Shown here piece by piece: positions 45,275 to 56,101 of a stretch of DNA of 64,000 bases. The stretch covers positions 2,240,001 through 2,304,000 of the forward strand of contig CAVTCS010000003.1 in assembly GCA_963733295.1 (NCBI GenBank), in the 5' to 3' direction. Position 1 is the first letter of the stretch. Each line of letters begins with the position of its first letter. A program made the translations under genes and the position numbers. The notes beneath the pieces were generated by a model. The model was not told the DNA's origin, searched no databases, and was given only the letters and a program-made list of their open reading frames with translations. Source of the stretch: Vulcanimicrobiota bacterium. GTDB lineage: Bacteria; Vulcanimicrobiota; Vulcanimicrobiia; Vulcanimicrobiales; Vulcanimicrobiaceae.

Positions 45275-45906
45275 AGTGCCGCCGTCGAGCCCGACGGCTC
45301 CGTCAACGCACTCCGGTGGATTCCAGGGCGATACCCCACTGCCAGAATCGCGACGATCGAGGAAGGCGTCAGCACCTCGGCTTCGCGGCGCGCCGGGCGC
45401 GCGACCCGGTTGCGGTAGCCGTCGCCGGACCACTCCCACAGTGCGTTCTCCCAGACGAGCCAAGCGCTTCCGTCGAGAACGACATAGGTTCCGTCCGGTA
45501 GGGCGGCGATGTCGGCGCGATACGTGCGTTTGCGCTTGCCCTCAAGCCGCTCGGCGTGAAGCTTCGCATCCATGACGTCGGCGCTCGCTGCAGCGCCGAA
45601 GCTGTTCTCCCACAGCGCGCGAAAGCGCTGATAGTCGGGGTAGCGGCATTCCCCGCAAGGACGATGGCCCGCGCTGAGCGCCGTCGCCTCGTCGAGAAAG
45701 AACAACTCGGTCCACCGGCGCGGTCGCATGATTTGCCGATGCCGTCCACGGAATTCGAGACGGCACGCGATCCAGCGCCGAACCTGCGAATGGCGCACGA
45801 TTCGGCGCGCATCGTCGTGCAAAACGCCGCGGTTGCCGATGACGAGCCCGCGTCCTTGGAGCGCCACGATCTCACCAAACGGCGTAACCCGATTTTGCAG
45901 CGGCAC
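45271..45906 (-). CDS. Conserved hypothetical protein with Ada-like Cys motif
   Basis: PLQNRVTPFG, GNRG, WIAC, ELFFLDEATALSAGHRPCGECR. Confidence 0.75.
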   Translation of the reverse strand: MPLQNRVTPFGEIVALQGRGLVIGNRGVLHDDARRIVRHSQVRRWIACRLEFRGRHRQIMRPRRWTELFFLDEATALSAGHRPCGECRYPDYQRFRALWENSFGAAASADVMDAKLHAERLEGKRKRTYRADIAALPDGTYVVLDGSAWLVWENALWEWSGDGYRNRVARPARREAEVLTPSSIVAILAVGYRPGIHRSALTEPSGSTAAL

Positions 45907-45924
45907 GAAACGGTCTGGCTGACT

Positions 45925-47397
45925 CTAGGAGCGTCCGGAGACGGGAAAGCGCGGCAAATTCTGGGGCATTTGGCGCGGGACGGATTCGGAGTTCGGAAGC
46001 ACGGCCGGCACCCAAACGGAAATGCCGTCGCGGTCGGTAAAGGTTACTCCGCAATCGTACCCGGTATTCGAAGTTGCGGTGACTACGAACGTACCGGGAA
46101 ATCTCGAGGATACGACCGTCAGGGGACAGCTCGCCGGAACGCTGCTCGTGAATATCTGCGGGGGATAGTTTGTTTCACGAACCGACACGACGGCGAATTG
46201 GCCGCTGCTAAGCGTCAGCTGTAGGGGACGTGCGCTCAGGATGCGGTTCGAGCGCAGTGACACCAACGTACTCGGAGGGTTGCGCGGGTTTGAGATTCCC
46301 GCCCACAACGTCCCATCGGATGCTGCAGCGAGCGTCGTGAGAGCGGGCCTGACAGTACCGGCCGGACTCGGCACGGCGTATGCGGACCACTGTCCCGAAC
46401 TGGCCATACGCATGAAGTACACGACGCCTATGTTCGAGTTGAAACTGAGTGACCACAGCGCGTCGGGCGTCGTGGCGATCAGGTCTAAGTCGAACGCAAG
46501 GAGCGGCCATGGGTAGAACGCTTCCACCGCTCCGGTGTAAGCGATTTGGTACGCACCCGCCGGGGAAATCGTACTCGCCCAGAGGCTCGTCTGCGACGCC
46601 GCAAGCCCCTGGACGTACGGAGCCACGGGGAATTCGCGCGATCCCGCTGGACCAATTTGACCGATCGCGTTCGAACCTTGGTACCACGTGTTCCCGTCAG
46701 CGCCGGCGACGAGACCAGAAAAAGGCGAAAAATAATACGGCGTCTGACTGATTGGATACGTTGTGAAAGACGGGTACCTCAGGAACGGAAACGGCACCGC
46801 TACTACGAGCTCTTGCGCCGACGTCGATGACGGAAGAGTGTGCGCGTAGCTGAGAATTTCCGGCGGAGAGGATCGTGATGCGATGCTCAAGGCGAAAGGC
46901 TCGAGCGTCATTCTCGACGAGTAGAGTGGATCGCCGGGATTGCCCGCAGCGTACTCCGTTATCTGCGAGGGATGATCGATGTCGATGACCCCGAGCCCAA
47001 ACTCGCCGTAGGCAAACGTAGCCGGGCTGTACGTCAACCAGTTGAAGGCCAGCTGCCTAGGAGCTCCGATCGCCGCAGGCGCGTTCGTGAGAGCGATCGA
47101 CATCGTTGGTTGGGAACCGCCTAATCCGCCGGCTGTCCCGTAGCCGTTGAAATTCGGCAGCGGGAAATACGTCGTCGTCCCACTGGGGGTGAGACGCACG
47201 ATGTACCCCGTTCCACCGCTAACGGCCGGAAAGTCTGAAAACCAAAGATTGCCGTCGGGCCCGGTTATAAGCGAAAACGGGTACGTGACGTTCGGCAAGT
47301 AAATCGTGGTCGACCAAATTCCATTCGCGGCATGCGCGGGCGACGCGGAGAGAAGCAGAGATGAGGCGAGAACGGCCGTTCGAAATCGAGCCAGCAT
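45925..47397 (-). CDS. Secreted Vgb-like beta-propeller protein
   Basis: Signal peptide; repeats GPDGNLWF, GADGNTWY, ASDGTLW. Confidence 0.75.
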   Translation of the reverse strand: MLARFRTAVLASSLLLSASPAHAANGIWSTTIYLPNVTYPFSLITGPDGNLWFSDFPAVSGGTGYIVRLTPSGTTTYFPLPNFNGYGTAGGLGGSQPTMSIALTNAPAAIGAPRQLAFNWLTYSPATFAYGEFGLGVIDIDHPSQITEYAAGNPGDPLYSSRMTLEPFALSIASRSSPPEILSYAHTLPSSTSAQELVVAVPFPFLRYPSFTTYPISQTPYYFSPFSGLVAGADGNTWYQGSNAIGQIGPAGSREFPVAPYVQGLAASQTSLWASTISPAGAYQIAYTGAVEAFYPWPLLAFDLDLIATTPDALWSLSFNSNIGVVYFMRMASSGQWSAYAVPSPAGTVRPALTTLAAASDGTLWAGISNPRNPPSTLVSLRSNRILSARPLQLTLSSGQFAVVSVRETNYPPQIFTSSVPASCPLTVVSSRFPGTFVVTATSNTGYDCGVTFTDRDGISVWVPAVLPNSESVPRQMPQNLPRFPVSGRS

Positions 47398-47472
47398 GGG
47401 CTTCTCCTGCCGTGGAACGATCCCATTATAACATGCGCAACTGACCCGCGGCTCGCGTTCGGCGTGTCGATG

Positions 47473-47832
47473 CTAGGAGTGATTCGCTCCGGTCGCGGCG
47501 TCATCCGCGGCCGCGGGGACGTTGAACGTTCCTTCGACGAGCTTCACGAAATTGCGCTCCTCGCGCAAGATGAGGCGCTTGGTTTGCGCAAATTCGAAAT
47601 TCTCCCGCGCTCGCGGATCGCGTGCCAATCGCACGCGGTAGGCTTCGTACGAAGCGAGACCTTCGAACCCGATCAAGCCCCACGCGACGTCGTTCGTCCC
47701 TTCGGAGGGGAGAAAGTACCCGATGAGGTGGCCGCCGTTCGCGGGGATGAGCGAGCCCCAGGTCCGGGCGTACTGCTCGAACTCGTTCCGTTGGAACGGG
47801 TCGATTTGGTAACGGATGATGCAGACCAGCAT
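47473..47832 (-). CDS. NIPSNAP family protein
   Basis: [29 protein letters not shown]. Confidence 0.85.
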   Translation of the reverse strand: MLVCIIRYQIDPFQRNEFEQYARTWGSLIPANGGHLIGYFLPSEGTNDVAWGLIGFEGLASYEAYRVRLARDPRARENFEFAQTKRLILREERNFVKLVEGTFNVPAAADDAATGANHS

Positions 47833-47883
47833 ATCCCTAGTCTAACCCGTCCGGAACATGTATACTTCGTCCGGGATGAAACT

Positions 47884-48651
47884 ATGAATGTCGAGGACCA
47901 AGCCGACGTCGCCGCCTCGAGAATAGCCGCTGCCATCGGGGAGCCGGCGCGAGCGCGCATGCTGTATTCGCTCATGGACGGGCGGGCGCGCACCAGCACC
48001 GAGCTGGCCGTCATCGCCGAGGTGAGCCCGTCGACCGCAAGCATCCATCTGCAGCGGCTGACTTCGGAGCGCCTCGTCGCGGTCGCCGTTCAGGGAAGAT
48101 ATCGCTACTATACCCTGCGCGCACCGGCGGTCGCGCGAGTGCTCGAGGGTCTCAACGTTCTCGGGGGTGGTCAACGCGACAAGTTCGTTCCGACCACGCC
48201 GGACCGGCTGCGCGCGGCGCGCACGTGCTACGACCACATGGCCGGCACTGCCGCCGTAGCCTTGCACGACCGGTTCATCGCACTCGGTTGGCTCGCCGCC
48301 GTGCTGAAGAACGACACCGCCTACGCCCTCACCGCAAAGGGTAGCAAGGCGCTCGAATCGCTCGGAATCGACGTCGGCGCCGCACGGGCGCTACGCCGGC
48401 GCTTCGCTTACGGATGCTTGGATTGGAGCGAACGCCGTCCGCACATCGGCGGAGCAATCGGCGCCGCGCTGCTCGAGTCGTTCCAGCGAAAACGCTGGGT
48501 CTCGCAAGACTTCGATAGCCGCGCGCTTTCGCTCACGGCAGCCGGGCGGCGCGAATTCAGAGCCCGCTTCGGCGTTTCTCTGGAGACTCCGAGCGACGAA
48601 GCTTCAGTTCACTCCGCCGCGGCGGGAGGGTACCAGCGCAAGTCGGGCTGA
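47884..48651 (+). CDS. ArsR/SmtB family transcriptional regulator
   Basis: IGEPARARML, TASIHLQRL, QGRYRYY, ARTCYDHMAG, CLDWSERRPH; divergent from the NIPSNAP gene. Confidence 0.9.
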   Translation: MNVEDQADVAASRIAAAIGEPARARMLYSLMDGRARTSTELAVIAEVSPSTASIHLQRLTSERLVAVAVQGRYRYYTLRAPAVARVLEGLNVLGGGQRDKFVPTTPDRLRAARTCYDHMAGTAAVALHDRFIALGWLAAVLKNDTAYALTAKGSKALESLGIDVGAARALRRRFAYGCLDWSERRPHIGGAIGAALLESFQRKRWVSQDFDSRALSLTAAGRREFRARFGVSLETPSDEASVHSAAAGGYQRKSG

Positions 48652-50063
48652 CGGGCGGCGCGCGTCTCGTCGATCCGCCCGACGACCGTATTGACCGGCG
48701 CGGCCAGGATTTCTTCGGGATTGCGCTTCGCGGTTTCGACGATCTCCCGCAGCGCGGCGACGAACCCGTCGAGCGTTTCCTTCGACTCGGTTTCCGTCGG
48801 CTCGATCATCAGACATTCGGGAACGAGCAACGGAAAATAGATCGTCGGCGCGTGATACCCGCGATCGAGTAACGCCTTGGCGATGTCGAGTGCGCGCACG
48901 CCGGTCTCGCGCTTGAGCTCTTGGGCCGACGCGACGAACTCGTGCCGGCACGTCTCGTCGTAGGGAGTCGTCAAGAATTCCTTGACCTGAGCGCGCAGGT
49001 AGTTCGCGTTGAGGACTGCGAGTTGCGAAACGCGCGTTAGCCCTTCGCCGCCGTTGGCGTAGATATAGGTCAAGGCGCGCACCATGTGCGCGAAGTTCGA
49101 CCAGAACGAGCGCATCGTTCCGATCGAATCGGGCACGTTGAAATCGAGCGAATACACCCCGTCCGACTCGCGCACGACCGGAACCGGCAAGAACTCGACG
49201 AGCCGTTCCGCCACTCCGATCGGACCGGCGCCTGCGCCGCCCCCGCCGTGCGGGATCGAGAACGTCTTGTGCAAGTTGAGATGCATGAGATCGAAACCCA
49301 TGTCGCCCGGCCGCGAATTGCCCATGAGCGCGTTCGCGTTCGCTCCGTCGTAGTACATCAGACCGCCGGCCGCGTGAACCGCCTGTGCGATCTCGTGGAT
49401 GTGATCCTCGAACAAACCCAGCGTGTTGGGGTTGGTCATCATGCAGACGGCCGTATCGGCTCCGAGCACGGCCTTGATGTCGTCGACGCCGACGCGGCCG
49501 CGCTCGTCGCTGCGCAGGGACAGAACCTTATAACCCACCATTGCCGCGGACGCGGGGTTCGTACCGTGCGCCGAATCGGGCACGATCACCGTGGTGCGCC
49601 GCGCGCCCTCAGCCGTTTTCGCGAAGTAAGCTTTTGCAATCAGCAGCGCGGTGAGCTCGGCGTGAGCGCCCGCGGCGGGGTTCAGCGAAAAGCGGGCCAT
49701 CCCGAAGATTCCCGACAGCAGGCGTTCCAGATCGTACATGACGGCGAGCGCGCCCTGAGCGAGTGCATCGGGCGCGAAAGGATGCAGGTCGCGAAAGCCC
49801 GGCAGTGAGGCCATCGCGTCGTTGATGCGCGGGTTGTACTTCATCGTGCACGAGCCGAGCGGATAGAAACCGGTGTCGATCGAGAACGTTCGCTGCGAGA
49901 GCCGCGTGAAGTGCCTGATGACGTCGAGCTCGCTGTTGTCCGGCAAGGGCAGCTCGGCGCGCAGTTGTTCGCGCGGCACGAAATCCGAAGCCGCGTGACC
50001 GTTCCCGAAGTACGCGTTGGCTCGTCCTTTGCGACCGAGCTCGAAAATCAGCGCTTCAGCCAC
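48609..50063 (-). CDS. gcvPB: Glycine dehydrogenase subunit 2
   Basis: PLGSCTMKYNP, SAHGTNPASA, TNPNTLG, HLNLHKTFSIPHGGGG. Confidence 0.96.
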   Translation of the reverse strand: MAEALIFELGRKGRANAYFGNGHAASDFVPREQLRAELPLPDNSELDVIRHFTRLSQRTFSIDTGFYPLGSCTMKYNPRINDAMASLPGFRDLHPFAPDALAQGALAVMYDLERLLSGIFGMARFSLNPAAGAHAELTALLIAKAYFAKTAEGARRTTVIVPDSAHGTNPASAAMVGYKVLSLRSDERGRVGVDDIKAVLGADTAVCMMTNPNTLGLFEDHIHEIAQAVHAAGGLMYYDGANANALMGNSRPGDMGFDLMHLNLHKTFSIPHGGGGAGAGPIGVAERLVEFLPVPVVRESDGVYSLDFNVPDSIGTMRSFWSNFAHMVRALTYIYANGGEGLTRVSQLAVLNANYLRAQVKEFLTTPYDETCRHEFVASAQELKRETGVRALDIAKALLDRGYHAPTIYFPLLVPECLMIEPTETESKETLDGFVAALREIVETAKRNPEEILAAPVNTVVGRIDETRAARQPDLRWYPPAAAE

Positions 50064-51435
50064 GGGCCGCACCCGCCGGAACGCGCGCCGCTGCAATCTC
50101 GCCGAGCGCGGAAGCGAGAGCGTCGATATCGGCGTCGCTCGTCAGCTCGGTCGCGTTCATCAAGATGCAGTCGGCGAGCTCGGGGTACCAGCGCCCGAGA
50201 TCGACGCCGCCTAAGATATTGCGGGCCTGCAGCTCGCGCAACACGCTCGCGGCATTCATGGGCTTGGGAACCCGCAGCGCGAACTCGTTGAAAACCGGCG
50301 CGGCGAAGGCTCGTTCGAAGCCGGGCACCGCGCTCGCGCGCGCCGCGAGCCGATTCGTGCGCTCGAGGTTGAGGGCCGCGCAGCGTTCGAGGCCCGTAGC
50401 ACCGAGGGCGGCGAGGTAGATCGTAGCCACCAGCGCGCAGTGAGCTTGGTTGGTGCAGATGTTCGAGGTCGCTTTTTCGCGCCTGATGTGCTGCTCGCGC
50501 GCTTGCAGTGTCAGCACGTATGCGGTATTCCCGCGATTGTCGAGCGTGCGGCCGACGAGGCGCCCGGGCATGCGCCGCACGTGCTCGTTCGTCGACGCGA
50601 CGAATCCGGCGTAGGGACCGCCGAAAGCGAGCGGATTCCCAAAGGACTGCGCTTCGCCGACCGCGATCTGGGCCCAACTGCCGGGCGCTTGCAGCGCGGC
50701 CAGCGAGAGGGCCTCCGCGACGACTGCGATCGGCACCGTGCCCGACGACGCGAAGAGCGCTCGAGCGCTTTCGCCGGGGACGTCGATCGCTCCGAAAAAG
50801 TTCGGCGACTGGAGTGCGACCGCGGCAAAGCGTCCGTCGGCCAAGCGCGCGTCGAGCGTGCGCAGATCGGTCGTGCCGTCGGCGGCGAGCGGAAGCTCTT
50901 CGACATCGACCTCCATTCCGGCAGCGTAGGTTCGCAGCACCGCGCGGTAGTTGGGATGGATCGCCGACGAAACCAGAATCGCTCGACGGCCGGTCGCGTT
51001 GACCGCCATGATGGCGGCTTCCGCGAGCGCGGTCGCGCCGTCGTAGACCGAGGCGTTCGCAATGTCGAGGCCCGTCAGAAGGCAGACGTACGTCTGCCAC
51101 TCGTAAATCGCTTGCAGTAAGCCTTGCGAAACCTCCGCCTGATAGGGCGTGTAGGCGGTGAGAAATTCGCCGCGCATCGCGAGCGACATGACCACGGGAG
51201 GAACGTAGTGGCGGTACGCACCGGCCCCGAGAAACGAGCGACAGGCGAGCGCGCCGTTACGCGAAGCATATTCCGCCATCTTCCGGGCGAGTTCGATTTC
51301 GGGCAGCCCGGGCGGGATCTCGAGCGGCGACTTTAGGGCGACGGCATCCGGAACTCGAACGAGCTCCTCGAGCGACGGCGCACCGGTAACGGCCAGCATC
51401 GCGGCGATGTCGGACTCGGTGTGAGGCGTGTACAT
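50056..51435 (-). CDS. gcvPA: Glycine dehydrogenase subunit 1
   Basis: FLGAG, TAYTPYQAEVSQG, NASVYDG, REQHIRREKATSNICTNQ. Confidence 0.96.
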   Translation of the reverse strand: MYTPHTESDIAAMLAVTGAPSLEELVRVPDAVALKSPLEIPPGLPEIELARKMAEYASRNGALACRSFLGAGAYRHYVPPVVMSLAMRGEFLTAYTPYQAEVSQGLLQAIYEWQTYVCLLTGLDIANASVYDGATALAEAAIMAVNATGRRAILVSSAIHPNYRAVLRTYAAGMEVDVEELPLAADGTTDLRTLDARLADGRFAAVALQSPNFFGAIDVPGESARALFASSGTVPIAVVAEALSLAALQAPGSWAQIAVGEAQSFGNPLAFGGPYAGFVASTNEHVRRMPGRLVGRTLDNRGNTAYVLTLQAREQHIRREKATSNICTNQAHCALVATIYLAALGATGLERCAALNLERTNRLAARASAVPGFERAFAAPVFNEFALRVPKPMNAASVLRELQARNILGGVDLGRWYPELADCILMNATELTSDADIDALASALGEIAAARVPAGAARG

Positions 51436-51498
51436 GTCAGCCTTCGCTTCGACTCCACGAGGGCTGCCGTTGGTTGCGCGACGGACGCGCCGCAGCGT

Positions 51499-51888
51499 TC
51501 AGTGCGCGCCCTCGGCGACCAGTGCGTCGTACGCGTCGGGTCCGAGCAAGCTGCTCGTCTCGCTCGGATCTTTCATCTTTACCTTATACATCCAGCCACC
51601 GCCGAACGCGTCGCGGTTGACGAGCGCCGGGTCCGATTCGAGCGCCGAGTTCACCTCGGTGACTTCGCCGCCGATCGGCGTGAACAGATCGGAAACCGCT
51701 TTGACCGATTCGACGACCCCGATGCTCGCGAATTGGGCGATCTGTTGACCGACGCGCGGGAGTTCGACGTACACAATGTCGCCCAGCGAGTTCTGCGCGT
51801 AATCGGTGATGCCGACGGTGGCGACGCCGCCGTCGACCTTCAACCACTCGTGTTCCTTGCTGTAAAGGAGGCCCTGGGGCTGGGACAT
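51499..51888 (-). CDS. gcvH: Glycine cleavage H protein
   Basis: HEW, GITDYAQ..LGD, VESVKA (lipoyl Lys). Confidence 0.97.
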   Translation of the reverse strand: MSQPQGLLYSKEHEWLKVDGGVATVGITDYAQNSLGDIVYVELPRVGQQIAQFASIGVVESVKAVSDLFTPIGGEVTEVNSALESDPALVNRDAFGGGWMYKVKMKDPSETSSLLGPDAYDALVAEGAH

Positions 51889-51903
51889 GCTTCTCCTTGA
51901 GTC

Positions 51904-53007
51904 TTACGACGCTCGGCGGTAGAAAGGCAGCGCCACGACCGTTGCGGGGTGGCGCGCGCCGCGAATTTCGACGTCGAGCTTGGTTCCAACTGCGGCTGCC
52001 TCGCGGGTAACGAGGGCCGTGGCGATGTTTCGATTCCCAAGTGAGGGTGCGACCGAAGCGCTGCGTACTTCGCCGGCGAGCTTTTCACCGAGGAAGACCT
52101 TATAGCCGCCGCGAGCCGGGACGCGGCCCTCCATTTCGAGGCCTGCGATGCGCGAATAGTCGTCGGACGTGAGTTGTTCGGCTAACGCAGCCTTGCCGAC
52201 GAACTGCGGTTTGTTCATTTTTACCGCCCAGGCTTGTCCGCCGGCCAACGGCGAGACGTCTTCGGCAAGCTCGAAACCGTACAACGGCATCCCGGCTTCG
52301 AGACGCAACATGTCGCGCGCGCCCAAGCCTGCCGGCTCCAGGCCGTCCGCCGCGCCGGTTTCCAACAGTTTGCGCCAGACGCGCGGCGCCTCGGCACCGT
52401 CGAGAAACAACTCGAAACCGTCCTCGCCCGTATACCCCGTGCGGGCGACGATCGCGGGCACGCCGTCGATGCGCCCCTCCGCGCAAAAGTAGTATTTCAG
52501 CGCCGCGACGTCGAGGTCGCTGAGCCGTGCGACGATCTCGACGGCGCGCGGTCCCTGAACCGCGATCAAGGCGCGCTGTCCGTGGAGGTTGGTCAGACGC
52601 GCTTCGGGCTCGGCGTGTGAGCCGAGGTAGGGCCACATCTTGCCGGCATTCGCCGCGTTCACGACCAGTAGCCAGCGGTCCGGCAAGCGATAGAATAAGA
52701 CGTCGTCCATCGCGCCGCCGCGCGCGTTGCAGAAGATATTGTAGCGCGCTTGAAGCGGCTTCATGCTGGAGACGGCGTTAACCGTTAGCGCGTCGGCCCA
52801 CTCGCCGACGCGCGAGCCGCGCAATTCGAACTGCGCCATGTGAGAAAGGTCGAAGAGGCCCGCGCGTCCCCGCACCGCATCGTGTTCGCGAATGATCCCC
52901 GCGTACTGTACCGGCATCTCGAATCCGCCGAACGGTACGAGGCGTGCGCCGAGGGCCACGTGCTCGTCATAGAGAGCGGTCCGGCGGAGCGTTTGGGTCG
53001 CGCTCAT
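51904..53007 (-). CDS. gcvT: Glycine cleavage aminomethyltransferase
   Basis: [40 protein letters not shown]. Confidence 0.97.
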   Translation of the reverse strand: MSATQTLRRTALYDEHVALGARLVPFGGFEMPVQYAGIIREHDAVRGRAGLFDLSHMAQFELRGSRVGEWADALTVNAVSSMKPLQARYNIFCNARGGAMDDVLFYRLPDRWLLVVNAANAGKMWPYLGSHAEPEARLTNLHGQRALIAVQGPRAVEIVARLSDLDVAALKYYFCAEGRIDGVPAIVARTGYTGEDGFELFLDGAEAPRVWRKLLETGAADGLEPAGLGARDMLRLEAGMPLYGFELAEDVSPLAGGQAWAVKMNKPQFVGKAALAEQLTSDDYSRIAGLEMEGRVPARGGYKVFLGEKLAGEVRSASVAPSLGNRNIATALVTREAAAVGTKLDVEIRGARHPATVVALPFYRRAS

Positions 53008-53441
53008 TCGGCAATTCTTTCGCGGGGCTCCGAGTTGAGGAAGCTGAGGGTCGCGTGAGCGACGAGCTTCTCGCCGCTGTACACGTGCACTTCGCCGTAG
53101 ACGATGCGCCGGCCGGGTTTGAGGACCTTCGCATGCGCGATGAGATCGTGTGGCGGCATTGCCGGACGCAAGAAACTACAGGTCAACGAGGCGGTGGCCG
53201 TCGGCTGCATGGGCCCGTAGAGCGAGGCGAGAGCGACATAGAAACTCGTGTCGCAAAGGCTCACGATCGCACCGCCGTGCACCGCACCCGCGCCGTTGAG
53301 AACCTGCGAGCGGAACGGCATGCGCATCCGGGCTTCGCCGTGATCGACGTGCTCCAGATGCAGGTCGAGCGTCTGGATGAAGTTCGCCTTTTGTTTGTCC
53401 CACGAGCGGATTGCCGCGCCGACGTCGAGTGGCTGTTTCAC
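53004..53441 (-). CDS. PaaI-family hotdog thioesterase
   Basis: NGAGAVHGGAIVSLCD; AAGGAGG RBS before GTG 53441. Confidence 0.85.
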   Translation of the reverse strand: MKQPLDVGAAIRSWDKQKANFIQTLDLHLEHVDHGEARMRMPFRSQVLNGAGAVHGGAIVSLCDTSFYVALASLYGPMQPTATASLTCSFLRPAMPPHDLIAHAKVLKPGRRIVYGEVHVYSGEKLVAHATLSFLNSEPRERIAE

Positions 53442-53505
53442 GACGCCCTCCTTCGGTTCGTCGCCGTCGCGTTCCGTTCGGCCGGCAGCGGCCGGCCGGC
53501 CGGAA

Positions 53506-54396
53506 TCATGCGAAGACGTCGCCGCCCTTCGCCAACTCGCGCCGCACGTAGAGCGGTAAACTGAACAGCCGGCGGTGCGTCTCCGCATCGTAGAAGTAGT
53601 TCTCGCCCCTCAAGCCGGCTACGTATGCCTCGATGCGCTCGGCGGAAAGCGCCGAGACGTCGACCGCGTCGCTGCAGGCTAAAAAAGCCCAGTCGTTGTC
53701 GAATGCGGGCACGTGCGTGTAAAAGGAGCGAACGTGGCGGTAGTAGGCGCGTAAGGTGCGCGCCATCTTCGCATGCAAGCGCATGTTGTGAAACCCTGAA
53801 GTGCTGGCCTGCAACACGTAGACGCCGTGCGGCGCGAGCCGCCTTTTGATGTCCGCAAAGACGGCCGCGCAGAAGAGCGGGCTCGAGGGTGAATCCTCCA
53901 GCGGCTCGGTGAGGTCCGAAACGATCGCGTCGTACGTGTCGCGATCCTCTCGCAAGAAGTCTAGGGCGTCGCCGACGATGACGCGGGCGCGCGCATCCTC
54001 AAAAGCGCCGTCCGACCATTCGGGCAAGAAGCGCTTCGAAAGTTCCACGACCTCGCCGTCGATGTCGACCATGGTGCAGCGCCGGACGTCCGCGCGGCGT
54101 AGGACCTCGCGCAGCGTCGCCCCCTCACCGCCGCCCAAAATCAAGACGTCGGCGCGAGTCTCGAGCGCGGCCAGCGCGGGATGCACGAGGCTCTCGTGAT
54201 AGATCTTTTCATCGGCCTGCGAGCTCTGAGTATCTCCATCGATGACGAGCATCTTTCCGAAGGCCGCGCTGCGGATAACCGCAACGTCCCCAAATGCGGT
54301 CCGCCCCGCGAAATACGTCTCCTCGATGGCATGCTGATGCAACTCGGTAGCCGAGAAGCGCTCGACGTACCACTGCCAATGCTCCGTCTTCGGCAC
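53506..54396 (-). CDS. speE: Spermidine synthase (polyamine aminopropyltransferase)
   Basis: FGKMLVIDG, DEKIYHESLVHP, LILGGGEGATLRE, VDID, DLTEP. Confidence 0.92.
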   Translation of the reverse strand: MPKTEHWQWYVERFSATELHQHAIEETYFAGRTAFGDVAVIRSAAFGKMLVIDGDTQSSQADEKIYHESLVHPALAALETRADVLILGGGEGATLREVLRRADVRRCTMVDIDGEVVELSKRFLPEWSDGAFEDARARVIVGDALDFLREDRDTYDAIVSDLTEPLEDSPSSPLFCAAVFADIKRRLAPHGVYVLQASTSGFHNMRLHAKMARTLRAYYRHVRSFYTHVPAFDNDWAFLACSDAVDVSALSAERIEAYVAGLRGENYFYDAETHRRLFSLPLYVRRELAKGGDVFA

Positions 54397-54584
54397 GCTA
54401 GTGTCGTGCCCCAGAGGTTCGTTGCATAAGTCGGCAGTGGATTTTTGTTCGTATCGAGGAGCGAGGAGCGTGGAATGACGAGTCATTTGAGCGACGAGCG
54501 ACGATGAGACGGGCAAAAAGCCGCGCCGAGTCATGTGACGAATCTCTGGGGCGCGACACTCGTGCTAGCGTTGCGGGCGACGCA

Positions 54585-56075
54585 CTAGCGCACGACCATC
54601 AAGCTATTATCGCTCGGTTGCGTGATGATTCCATTTTCGACGAACTTCGTCGGAACCGGGCTCGGCGTCGGCGACGAGGTCGAGCCCGGAGGAGGCGTCG
54701 GTCCCGGGCTGGTGACCGGAGCGGGCGAAGGCGTCGAGCCGGTCGATTGATTGAACGGCAGCACCATCACGGTCGAGTTGTAACCCATCGGACACGAGAG
54801 GCCCGGCGATGTGCCGAACAAGATCAAGAACTTCGCGGTGGAATCGAAGGCGACGCTCGTGACGTTCTGGAGGTGGCGCGTGGTACCGTCACAAGCGACG
54901 TACGGCGGACTATTCGCATTTCCCGAGGTCGAACTTGGCGCGAACGGCGGCTGAATCGTAAGCGCGCCCGAACCGACTCCGCCGATGATGTAGAAGCCGG
55001 CGTCGGCGCCGACGGCCGCGAACGCGCCGCCCGGCGAGATCGCGATCGAGTGCGGCCGCGAGGGCAGCGTGATGCTGTCGGTGGTCACGATCGTTTTTGG
55101 AAGACCGGTGATGACGGTCAATCCGTTGACGCCGGGGGTTTGTCCGATCAGCGCGCGACCCGGATCCTCAGCCGAAATGGCCATTGCGCCGTCGCCGCGC
55201 AAAGTGGGCCCCGAGCCGTATCCGAGCGAAGAGCTGTACTGAAGGACCTGCAGCTCAAAGCCGGTCGGAATGTCGATAATCGAGAGCACGAGCATGTCGA
55301 TCGGACCGCGCACGAGCGCGTACGTTCCGTTCGGTGCAACGACGATGTTCGTGCGCGGGTAGGACGGCGGGCTGATCGCGCCACCGACGAACGGTATGAA
55401 GCCGCCGTATTGAGGCGGTGCGTTGACGAGCGACGTGATGCCAAGAACACCCTGCGATCCCACGCCCGTCGTCAAGGCGAGCCCTACCGTCCCGGTCCCC
55501 AAGAGCGCAAGCGTGTAAGCATCCGGTACGACGGGCGGCACGATCGGAGTCGGCGTCGGCGCCGGGCTCGCTCCCGTGGTCGGTGGGGCCGTCGGCGGAA
55601 AGGAACTCATCACGTACGGCGCGCCGACCGGCACGATACTCCCGACCGAGGCGCCGAAGACATCCTGCGCGAGGTTGTAAGGCGGGCCGCCGGTTAGTGA
55701 GATGGCGGCAATGGCGTCGCTCGAGTCGACGGTGAAGCCGATCGCGCCGACGGCGCCGGCGAAGCGGATGTTGAGTCCCTGAGGACCGCCCAGCAAGTTG
55801 CCGTTGATGTCCTCGAAGTGCACGACCTGGACGCCCTGGAAGATGCCCCCGTTCCCGGCGTCCGGCAAGTAGGCGATCCCGGAAGTATTCGGCACCGCAG
55901 TGGGCGTCGGAGCGCCGGGGATCGTCACGGTCGGGACCGGACTCGGCGAGGCGTTCACGGTGGGCGTCGACTTCGAACAGGCCGCCATGACGAGAGCCAA
56001 AAGCGCCGTGACTGCCCCGATCGCACGGGGCAGCGCTCCACTGGGTCGAGCCAAATCGAGGATCCCTTCCGTCAA
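54585..56075 (-). CDS. Putative lipoprotein, Pro/Thr-rich, beta-propeller-like
   Basis: Lipobox-like MAAC after a hydrophobic stretch; PSP/PTP linkers; IAISPGG-type repeats. Confidence 0.7.
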   Translation of the reverse strand: MTEGILDLARPSGALPRAIGAVTALLALVMAACSKSTPTVNASPSPVPTVTIPGAPTPTAVPNTSGIAYLPDAGNGGIFQGVQVVHFEDINGNLLGGPQGLNIRFAGAVGAIGFTVDSSDAIAAISLTGGPPYNLAQDVFGASVGSIVPVGAPYVMSSFPPTAPPTTGASPAPTPTPIVPPVVPDAYTLALLGTGTVGLALTTGVGSQGVLGITSLVNAPPQYGGFIPFVGGAISPPSYPRTNIVVAPNGTYALVRGPIDMLVLSIIDIPTGFELQVLQYSSSLGYGSGPTLRGDGAMAISAEDPGRALIGQTPGVNGLTVITGLPKTIVTTDSITLPSRPHSIAISPGGAFAAVGADAGFYIIGGVGSGALTIQPPFAPSSTSGNANSPPYVACDGTTRHLQNVTSVAFDSTAKFLILFGTSPGLSCPMGYNSTVMVLPFNQSTGSTPSPAPVTSPGPTPPPGSTSSPTPSPVPTKFVENGIITQPSDNSLMVVR

Positions 56076-56101
56076 GGGCGACTCGAAAGCCGCCGAAATT
56101 C

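Noticed and set aside
53004..53510. Glycine riboswitch ahead of gcvT
   Set aside because: gcvT overlaps the thioesterase gene, and no glycine aptamer motif is seen in the short upstream gap.
54470..54545. TGACGAGTCA and GTCATGTGAC palindromes upstream of speE as operator sites
   Set aside because: Short, inconsistent with each other, and no cognate regulator can be assigned.
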